A stretch of DNA of 35,502 nt from Selaginella moellendorffii (Eukaryota; Plantae; Lycopodiophyta). Below the pieces are notes generated by a model. That model was not told where the DNA came from and made no database searches. It saw only the letters and a list, made by a program, of their open reading frames with translations. The DNA lies in NCBI RefSeq assembly GCF_000143415.4, contig NW_003314396.1:361640-397141 (forward strand), read 5' to 3'. The stretch's first letter is position 1. Every line of letters begins with the position of its first letter. Shown in pieces: positions 25,255 to 35,502 of this stretch. The translations under genes were made by a program, and so were the position numbers.

Positions 25255-25355
25255 GCAAACACATTCAATTTACCATGGGCTGGTAGTGGGAATTGCAAGA
25301 GGTATTGGTATGTAACATCATCGTCTAATCTGGGAATTAGTGCTGTTGTTGCCAT
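25255..25355 (-). pseudogene. F-box domain fragment of an F-box/kelch-type protein
   Basis: MATTALIPRLDDDVTYQYLLQFPLPAHGKL resembles the LIPGLPDDVAxxCLLRxP F-box start. Confidence 0.6.
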
Positions 25356-27748
25356 GGTTGAGGGACCTATTTGCCCTAAATTCAAGAGGCATGACAAACC
25401 TTCCTCTTGCTATAACAGTTCTTTGGCAATCAACGTTAAGAAAGCTAAGGCAGTGATCAGGTAGGCAGTTTTTCTTTGAGGTTAATAGTAAATGGATTGA
25501 TCCATGAAGTGTGCAATGGGTGGTGATCGTGATGGGATGACCAGGGTCCAGCACCACTTACCTCTATTCAATGTATCTTTTGCATTCTTCTTGATGCCCA
25601 TACCCAAGAATCAGTAGCATGAGTTCAACACTTAAAATAGTTAAATTGACATTCTTTCAGCAGGCAAAGCCCTCAATGGTGATTAGAGCTTAATTTTCCA
25701 TTTCTTATGTAGAGTGTTATGCATGTCCCATCATCATGAAGCTATTATCTACAAGTTTCTCAAGTTATATTTTCATCTAGCCCGACTTGGGCTCCAGATG
25801 TTTTCCTTTGGAGGCTGCATCTCCTCTGGGATTCATAGCAGTCTTGAAGCTCTCTGACGATTCTGGGACTTCAAATGGAAGGCAAGCACTGCCTTTGCCA
25901 CTGTCACTGTCTATTATACATGATGACCAGCTTCAGAGACTATGGCTAAGTTTCTGGACATGAGATGTAGGAGAAGTTCCTAAGTGGTGATCATTGAAAA
26001 TGTGGTCACTGGTACAGAAGTGACTGAAAAGCTGAAAAGAAGTAAACTCTGATCAACAGGCTATATGTAATGATTCTTGTGCACATAACGCATTTCAGCT
26101 TCTAAAGATGGTGATTTTCTTTTATGCACATAAGAATGTTGCTTACAAACGATGAACTTGTAGCTTCTTGAATTCTTCTTTTATAATTTAAGTGTATTAT
26201 TTGAGTGTGAGGTTGAGGAAGGCCGACAAAGTTTCTGGTTGGTGTCTCAGCATTTATTTTAATAGCTCCATTCATTCCATGTAATTTATTTTTTGCTTTT
26301 TTGTGTATGCCCAAACACAAATGGTTCAGGTAATAAGTTTCCATGACATGGAATAAATTTTAAGTTTGTCTTGTAGAAATCTCACATCACTTTATGTTCC
26401 ATGTGACAGTTTTGATTGCTATTGGCATGGAGGCTCAATGCTTTGCTTAGCCGGATGCAGCTCCACACGTGATGAAGTACACTCCAAAGCTGTCCTCGGA
26501 TTTTCAGGACCAGGTCTGGACCTCGCTTTGTGATCTGGTACGTTTGTTTGCAAGCAAAAATCAGGTTTGTATACAAACAATAATTTATCGAATGTTACCT
26601 CTTTCTGTTGAATCCACAACTATTTTCTTTGGCATTATTTGTGAGTCTCAGTACCTCCAATTGCATCATTGTTGACAATGTGGAAGCATCTAAAAGCAAA
26701 ATAAAAAACGTTTATCCAGTTTAGAAAAGACAAAATCATAAGAAAAGAAGAGGAGGCTGACCTGGTCTGCAGTGTAATCACCATTGTGTCACAGAAGTAC
26801 AATTAAAGTGTAATCGTCCATTGTGTCCCAACTGTAGGAGTACAATTGACGACTCAAGCGTGAGAAAAACCAGTTGATTACAGCCTCAATGCATCAAAGT
26901 AAACAATCTGGAAGAATTATCAAATTAGGAATACATACACACAAAGACTCATCTCTCACATTCACATCAATTGGGAGTGCCATCGCTCTCAATTCCATCC
27001 AAATAGCAATCTTCACATACTTCCTCCTTTGTTGAATCAGCAGTCTTGAAAGCTCCAGGACTACAAGTTCTCTGGAAAAGAATACTAAGATCACCAAGAA
27101 GAACACATTATGTTACCAAGAGTCAGAAGAAGAAACCACGAGGGACTACATGAAAAAACCAGTCCACAACTCCAGTCTGCAATTCGTGGAACTGCTCAAG
27201 TTTTCTTCCTTGGACATTGTGCCTTAAAATGTCATGCTCTTGGCTATGGCAAGCACTGATCCCATTTGAGGTGTTTGACAAGATGCCCTGAGCATGGTAC
27301 TGCAGCAGATGCTGATGGATTGGATGGATCTGCGCCAGGGCAATGGTAAGAGTAAGGCGTAGCCACCAGGATCCTCTGGGCTCAAGAGCAAATCCCTGCA
27401 AATTGGACTACTGGCAGCCATCTGCTGGACAAGCTGCAATGCTGCTGGGAGAAAATATGATCAACTCAAGAACACGAAAAGAGGGATTCGTTTTATCAAT
27501 GCTGCAATACTTTCTGGGAAGAGATCTCAACAATCAACAGAGCTTTGTGCACAACATATCACAAAACCAAACTGGGATGCTGAGCGAAAAATGCGTACCT
27601 TATGGCCGAAAACATGCCAAGCTTTCGCTGCTGGGCTCGATACATAAGGAAAGATAAAATAGCAGCCCAGAAAAAGAGAATTTGCTTATACCAGGATAAA
27701 AAATAAACAAGGTCGGGCCCTGAATCAATCCAGGGCACATGATTCCAA

Positions 27749-27750
<2 letters not shown>

Positions 27751-27789
<39 letters not shown>

Positions 27790-28000
27790 TTCCCGCTACC
27801 AACGCTCGTCGCTTTCCTCCCTGCCCTAAAAGCCATTTAAAATTTTTTATGATCCCAAAAGTCACAACTTTCCATTATTTAATCTCAACCGTTAGATTTT
27901 GGGATATGCCCAGAATAAGTGTCCCCAGTATATGCTATTATTATACTAGCTCTTTCATTTAAATATATGAGTACTAGCAGGGAACCCAGCTCCGCTGGGA
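27751..28000 (-). mobile_element. Helitron-like 3'|5' junction, type A, with (GA)n tract
   Basis: Hairpin CCCAGC-GGA-GCTGGG (27985-27999), CTAG at 27974-27977, then TACTCATATATTTAAA. (GA)n at 27751-27787. Confidence 0.8.
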
Positions 28001-29572
28001 TAGTTAGATATTAATCCAAAAAAAAGAACAATTTATTAAAACTTGCTTTAGTTCAATATGTAACAGGCACTTGGTTTATTTAGTTTTTACTTAGTGATTG
28101 CAACCAAACACTATTTCTTAAATGTTTAACTGGAATAGAATAATACAAGCTTGGACTCAAAGCTTAAAAGAATTATTCAACACATGAAGAGGTGGCTCAA
28201 TCATATTCCTCAATTTGGTATATTATTTGGGCATTCCAGAGGTAAGAGCAGTTAATGGGATGGTATGGTAAATGGATTTTTGGTATAGAATTGCTGGTTT
28301 TGCATCTGCAAGCAAGCGATGTGTATTGAAGTATAAATGACTGTATTTTCTGGTGGACTATGTGTTTGTTCATTATAACATGCTAAATTCTGATACAGTT
28401 GATGCATTTGTCATTTATTGTCCACTTGAGAATCATTTTTTGTTGTTCTTTCCCTTTTTTAGTTTTTGTATCTTGACATTCCTTTCTTGCTACAGATAAC
28501 CATCAAACAGAGCTGATGTTTGCTAGGAGGTGTGTTTTATTTTATTTGTTTTTGCATATATAAATGGAAATTGGATGGAGGAAAGAAAAATTCGATCACC
28601 ACTCAGGTAAGAAAACAAGCTTTTCTTGCTTGCTTTCCTTTGAAGTGTTTTGATCGAAGTCAACTTGGATGGACTGGTCTTTTGCGAAAGAATCTGGTGG
28701 AGCTACTATCTCGCGTGAATACTATCTTGCGTGTTCGACAGGACTTTGCATGACAAGCTAAGCGTTAAGGACCTGTCAAGGATCTAGTTCTTCCTCTCCT
28801 TTGTCTTTGCGTACTACGCACTCCCGTGCTACTTCCTCAGCATTCTCTCCTCCATCCCTGGGTTTGCTGGGCCTTCTCCAACTCGGTCCTGGCACAGTGT
28901 CTCAGGTTGGGCTTCCAGAAGCTTGGCCTTGGCTGGGATCTGGACGGAAATCCTCTTGTCCTCTATTCTTCATCATCGCAAACGTCATCGTGGGTTACAT
29001 CCTTATTGCTTACGTAATGAAGAGTCCTGGATTGAGTGAAAAACCCTGAGCCCGTGTAGTAGACCCTGGTGGGCAATAGTGCAGCCATGAAGCGGCCAAT
29101 TGGCAACGCCGCAATCTGGGCCGATGTATACAATGCTCACCCATAAAATACAAAATTCAGCCAAAGTATACATTTAGTTCGGGCCAAAGTATTGACCATA
29201 TACCTCATTAAAGTGTATCTCAGCCGTAAAATACAATATCCTTCCTTTCATCCGAGTGATCCACCTAGACAACAACTGCCGAACTCATTTGTTGATCGTT
29301 AATGAATTGCCATCTCTAGATACCTTTCACATTTGTCCAAATATTTTTAATTTTAAAAGAGGGATTTATTTTTAGGTCAGGTAACCATAAAGAGATGGAA
29401 AGAGACACTCTTGGTTTGTACACACATTTCCAAAGCTATTTTTAAAGTGCTTGGACCTTCAAAGGCACCAAGAAGAGCAATCGAAAGAGGCTTAAAGACA
29501 CATTGACCACAATTCCTCCGATAAATGATGTTGAAGAAGGTATTTTCTTTATTAGTTTGTCTGAATTTCCAG

Positions 29573-31483
29573 GGATTGCATTGAAGAATGCACAGCTGAG
29601 GTTCAAAGAAGAAAACACAAAGCACCTATTAGAGTTGCTCACCCAAATGAACCATGTGAGATGGAAATTGAGAATATGCAAGGAAAAGGTAGAACAATAT
29701 TACACTTGTTCTTCATTTTTCATTTTTTTGTTTTCCTAAAAGTTTTTAAATTCCTACAGACCAATCTGAATCAAAAAAGGCAGATACTACCATCATCAAT
29801 GAAGGTTACAAAGCAAAAAAAATTGACTTTACTATTTTTTCTAAATACTTGCAATCTTTCTTTTTTCAATGTTACAGAACCATGTCAGGAAGACACCAGC
29901 GTTGTTAATGAAGGTACAAATTGCAAAAAAAAAGTTATTTTAAAGTCCATCCAAACATTTCTTTTACTTTCTATGTTTTTTTAATGACAATTAGATTGTC
30001 TGAAATCAAGAGCATTAGCTACTGATGGAGGTATGCTATGTTTTAGCTAAGAATAATTAAATGTAAAATATGTTTCAAACGAAGATGAAACACCTCATGA
30101 AGAAACGCACAGGGAAGACTCCATTGCATATACAGCTAATGTTTCGGTTGGTCAAGGTAAATTAGAAAACAAACTGTAGAATTACTAACCTCGATAAAAT
30201 CTTGTAGCTTTATCTTCTATGGAAACACAGCAAATTACAAACATCAAGCAACTCCAACATATGGAAATCTCAGCAGCGATCGAAATAACTGGCATTGACG
30301 AGAGTGCAAGCACGTTAATGTTTGCAGGGTATACACTCAACAGCTACGGTCTCAAACGAGGCCTTGTGCATGGAGGCAATCGACTGCGTGTAGACATGAC
30401 TGACTTTGGTGGCACTGAAACTATTACCGTATGGATGTTCCACGAAGTAGCAGAGAAACGTGCACAGGAATTTACCAGAGGAAAATGGCTCAAGTTGTAT
30501 GGTTTTGAAGTTATCCCCACAGTCCCAAAATATGATAGGGGGACATGGGGATTTACTCTGAAGATCATGGACACAACCATAGTTGAAGAATTCCAGCACA
30601 GTCCGCCTTTGTTGCGACTGTCTGTGCCCACAATAAGCATAGCAGAGTTTACTAACATGCATAGGGGACGTGATTCAATTGGATCTATTGAAGCTGTCAT
30701 GATTAAGGTCAACAGCCTAGCACATAATACTGCTGAGATCACAGTTGCAGACAATGGAGACTCCAGCGACACGTTAACTGTAATAGAATAATTACTTACT
30801 TATTCTATTACTGATAGATCCCAATTTTACTTGTGCCAGGTAAAATTCCTAGCAAGCAATATATATATATTCAGAGAGATGCTAAATGAATTCCTTTCGG
30901 AAACCGCTCCTAGCCGGTGCTTTATAAACTTACAAGGAGATGGTGTATTTAAAAGAGCGAATGTCTCTGGAATGACTATCGTCACACGCATACTTGATCC
31001 AGCAAAGAACCATTTTTTAACAGCCTTATACCGGAGTCTTGCTATATGTTGTAATGGGGTAAGCAACATGAGATATAATACATGCTAAAACAGACATCAA
31101 ATCAATTACAGGTGCCAGGATGGTTTGAAATAGATAGGCTGCGTCCTATTTTTATCCATACCGTTTGCAGCTCATGTGATACAATAGTGACACAAAGAAC
31201 ATCTAAAGACACTGCAGTGTGTGCTGTGTGCAAGTATGTTGGCCCAGTGAAACAGCTTATGACTTTAAAGGGGAAGATACACGTGGAAAATACGACCAGG
31301 GATGTTAACATTCCATCATACTTAGTTGATCATCTTTACGGTTCTAAAGAACCAATTCTTACGAGCTGGAAAAAGGATTCGACACATGTCAAGACACAAA
31401 TGATAAAACATCCACCCGTGGGGAGGTTTGTGCTAGATGTATCTAATGATGTAATTGGTTTTGCACCATCATCCAAAAAATGA
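29573..31483 (+). CDS. Spliced RPA70-like multi-OB-fold ssDNA-binding protein with C4 zinc finger (Helitron-associated); 5' end uncertain
   Basis: Exons ..29688, 29760-29804, 29878-29913, 29995-30030, 30085-30156, 30208-30779, 30840-31058 and 31112-31483 join in frame with GT-AG introns. OB-like RVDMTDFGGTETITVWMFHEVAEK...GKWLKLYGFEV; CSSC-x14-CAVC in the last exon, as in RPA1 DBD-C. Confidence 0.75.
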
Positions 31484-32107
31484 AGGGCTTATACTGGGAG
31501 TAAATAAAAAATGCAAGTGCTCCTCAAAATAAAATGATTATATAAACCATAACCTTACAACTGTGTATATCAACTTTACGCTGGCAATGAAAACTCTGTA
31601 CTTAAGTTAACCAATTTCTATTAGACTGACATCAAAGGTTAGAATGTCTATGAAACGTGGATGACTTGGTTTTGAACTGGAATGAACCTGCTTCAAAACT
31701 AATTCGGACCAAGCTTACAAGTTTAATCCCACACTACCTTTGTTACGTGGCTTCAATGTTGATATCATTAACGAACTCCAATCACGGGCTTATAGGAATT
31801 GTGGTGGACAGTCTCTGCCCATTACTTACTCGCCCTAACTTACCTTCTTGATACTAAGTTTTCTTTTGATGACAAAATGAAAACGAATTCCCCTTGATGA
31901 ACACTGGAAAAGATCTCTTGTATTTTATTTATATTTTTTAACAGAGGAAAGGAGGTGACATTGCACTTTTTGAATCCTCAAATGAAATGGACATGTACCA
32001 AGAAGAAGTAAAGGTTTCTTAGAGCAATTTCCATATTATTTCATGAAAGGTCGTTGGCTATATTGCATAAATAATGGAAATTGCTAGGAGGTGTGTTTTA
32101 TTTTATG

Positions 32108-33295
32108 AAAGGTCGTTGGTTTTCTAGACACGAGCAAAAGAAAAAAAATTCTTGAACTCCCAAACAGCCCTCTGTTTTTCGCTCCTGTGCAACAGAAACC
32201 ACGTTAGCATCAGAGATCAAGAGAAATCCGGGAGAAATCCGTGACAGGGTGAGAAATCCGGGAGCATCAACCAGTGGGGAAGTTGTCACAGAGCTGGAGA
32301 TCGTGTTCTTCAGACTGTCCGCCTTTGACCTGTGCATGTGTCGCGAATGGCGATGAACAATCAACGATCCAGCCTTTTGTTTCTGCCACCAAAATCAAGA
32401 GAGTTGACAGCCTGAAAATGGTGGAGTCAGTTTCTCGCCACTAATTTGAATCTGCATTTCAAACAAGCAAGAAAACTGGAGAAGTCATCAGACTAAACAT
32501 GCGCTCATGATTCTTTCTAATAGCATCCCGAGAGTTTAGATACACGACTTTAGAGTGTTTACCCCAAAGGTCGTTGGTTTTCTGGACACGAGCAAAAGAA
32601 AAAAAATTCTTGAACTCCCAAACAGCCCTCTGTTTCTCGCTCCTGTGCAACAGAAACCACGTTAGCATCAGAGATCAAGAGAAATCCGGGAGAAATCCGT
32701 GACAGGGTGAGAAATCCGGGAGCATCAACCAGTGGGGAAGTTGTCACAGAGCTGGAGATCGTGTTCTTCAGACTGTCCGCCATTGACCTGTGCATGTGTC
32801 GCGAATGGCGATGAACAATCAACGATCCAGCCTTTTGTTTCTGCCACCAAAATCAAGAGATTTGACAGGCTGAAAATGGTGGAGTCAGTTTCTCGCCACT
32901 AATTTGAATCTGCATTTCAAACAAGCAAGAAAACTGGAGAAGTCATCAGACTAAACATGCGCTCATGAATCTTTCTAATAGCATCCCGAGAGTTTAGATA
33001 CACGACTTTAGAGTGTTTACCCCAAAGGTCGTTGGTTTTCTGGACACGAGCAAAAGAAAAAAAATTCTTGAACTCCCAAACAGCCCTCTGTTGCTCGCTC
33101 CTGTGCAACAGAAACCACGTTAGCATCAGAGATCAAGAGAAATCCGGGAGAAATCCGTGACAGGGTGAGAAATCTGGGAGCATCAACCAGTGGGGAAGTT
33201 GTCACAGAGCTGGAGATCGTATTCTTCAGACTGTCCGCCATTGACCTGTGCGTGTGTTGTGAATGGCGATGAACAATCAACGATCCAGCCTTTTG
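32108..33295. repeat. 458-bp tandem repeat, ~2.6 copies
   Basis: AAAGGTCGTTGGTTTTCT starts at 32108, 32566 and 33024. Copies are nearly identical. Confidence 0.97.
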
Positions 33296-33340
33296 CAAAG
33301 GGTATGCACACTCCCGCTGCTGCGTTCACCACCACAGAGA

Positions 33341-33451
<111 letters not shown>

Positions 33452-33568
33452 CAGCTGCTCGATCGCCCTAAAAGTTTCACTTGATTTGGAGGGTCATCAA
33501 ATTCAAATTTGAAGAGTTGCCACCCCTTGGTACTTTGATCTATGCCATCTATTTGAATTTTTTGAATT

Positions 33569-33810
33569 TGAACCGTTAGATTATAAGCATATTCAGAAAT
33601 AATATTCTAAAAATGGAATAAAAGACGCCGGATGCCATATGCCAATAGCACGTTTAAATAAGGGAGTACTAGCAAAAGTCCCAGCTACGCTGGGAGCATT
33701 GTGTTTATTTCTGATATTTTAATAATTTCAAAGAGTGTAATTTTTAACATAATCATAATTATAAGATATATAGTTAAACATAACATAATATTTATATTAA
33801 AAATATCTTC
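33569..33810 (-). mobile_element. Helitron-like 3'|5' junction, type B
   Basis: Hairpin at 33680-33694, CTAG at 33669-33672, then TACTCCCTTATTTAAA on the minus strand. About 130 bp to the right match 21358-21500. Confidence 0.8.
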
Positions 33811-34166
33811 AACAATTGACTCCATTACCAACAAACATAAAAACATAATAAATATAACTCAGTACATTATATCATATTTAAAATTCTGATTGTTGACTGA
33901 AGTCTTGGATATTCTATAAATGGAATTTCTCACTGTGGGATCCCATTCTCAGATGAGTCATTTTTTATTAACTAATTTTTTCTTTTATTTGAAATCTCTA
34001 TATAAGTGATAAAAATCTTATTATTTCATGATTTATTAAAATATATAATTTCTCCTCTTAATAAAGTATGTGTTACTTAGGTACACTCAATTATAATGAT
34101 GTTAAAAATATATTTAATATATATTTAAAAACTCACCTAAAGTGCATACATCTTTTAAATTTAAAA

Positions 34167-34290
34167 NNNNNNNNNNNNNNNNNNNNNNNNNNNNNNNNNN
34201 NNNNNNNNNNNNNNNNNNNNNNNNNNNNNNNNNNNNNNNNNNNNNNNNNNNNNNNNNNNNNNNNNNNNNNNNNNNNNNNNNNNNNNNNNN
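34167..34290. other. Assembly gap
   Basis: Run of N. Confidence 1.
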
Positions 34291-35502
34291 TTTACATATT
34301 TATCATTGATATTCCTTTTTTTACCTAATATTTATATTCATGCATTTTGAGAGTAATATTTAAAATAGAAAGTATTCTCTTATATATCATAAACATTATT
34401 TCTGTAGTTGTTTTTATAAATCTGAAATAAGATTATTATCTCCCTATATTCATGTATTTATATTTATAATTAAGGCTTTATAGCACTGTTATGAATGCTG
34501 AAATTTTATGATGATAAATGAATGGTTATGCTAGAACTATAATATATCAGAAAATTCATGAATGGTATATAGAAGGTTTAATATAATATATTTAAATTTC
34601 TTTATATGGTCCATATACTAATTTTTTCTCAATCATATTTATACCTTATTATGTTTTTCATGTATAAATACCATGTAGGATAAAGTGGTAGAAAATTTAT
34701 GATATTATATAAATCTTAGACTACGTCTTAGCCAATTGACATCTCAATAAGTTTAATTTAATTTATATTTATACTAATAAATAACATAAGGTTACTAATA
34801 AAAAATATTTTACATAAAAAATATCTAGAACTATTAACTACTCTATTTTAAGTTATAAAATATCATATTTTATAGAAACTGTTTTATTTATATTCTAATT
34901 TAGATATTTTATTTTTTCCTTTATTATATTTAGTATTTTTAAAATATATTTAAACTTATTCTCTAAAATTATATTATATTTTTAGTTTAGAATTTTTTTC
35001 ATATTTTTATTCAATATCCTCTCTTTTCATAATATTTATATTTATACTTTTAGAAGTACTATCTAAAAGTTAAATTATTATATTCTATATAATTAATATT
35101 ATTTCTGTATATGTTTTTATATAGAGTGAATGCTAAAATGAATTAAGATTATTACCTTTATGTTTTATTTTTTCTTATATAAATTTATATTGAGGCTAAA
35201 ATCTTTCAATGAAAGGTAAGTTTTTATCCTGATATTATGGTATTGATGATTCATAATATTGTTTTTCCCTAAAACCATAACATATCAGAAAATGAAAAAA
35301 TGGTCCATAGATTTCTTTATTAATAATAAAATTTTAAGTGATGATGAATCACATTTTTTCAGATGGTAGCCTTTTGTATTGTGTCTAATGTTGTCTCAAT
35401 GATATTTCCATTGTTTGGTCTGAAACTTCCAATATTATGATAAATTTGTCCATGTATTTTAAAATAATAAGGCCCACCTACTGCAATCTCTTCGATGTTG
35501 CA

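Noticed and set aside
32108-33295. Repeated ORFs (88/87/93 aa and 69 aa) or a CRISPR-like array
   Set aside because: They are by-products of a 458-bp tandem repeat, with no short repeat/unique spacer structure and no recognisable domain.
33655-33668. Stowaway MITE end (TA+CTCCCT)
   Set aside because: The match stops after 6 nt and no nearby inverted partner exists. The sequence instead aligns with the other TACTC starts.

Overview
Eukaryotic, intron-containing, transposon-dominated land-plant DNA. The ~50-80 nt introns, PLS-class PPR fragment and CYP88 fragment suggest a compact genome such as Selaginella; this is inference only. I see no intact host gene. The left end holds an internally deleted Ty3/gypsy element (794-4519, TTTAC target-site duplication). 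Two TRIM-like mini-retrotransposons follow (6461-6854 and 12392-13587). From ~12.3 kb to the window end, the backbone is a head-to-tail train of Helitron-like elements on the minus strand. Six hairpin+CTAG/TTAG 3' ends are visible, and five are followed by a conserved TACTC..TAT(T/C)TAA start, an apparently non-canonical 5' terminus. The elements carry decayed host-gene fragments in the element's sense orientation (NUA/TPR, PPR, ARP5, CYP88/KAO, F-box-kelch). One element carries an apparently open, spliced RPA70-like OB-fold/Zn-finger gene with symmetric micro-exons on the opposite strand. Protein identifications rest on my recollection of family motifs, not on database searches. There are two assembly gaps.
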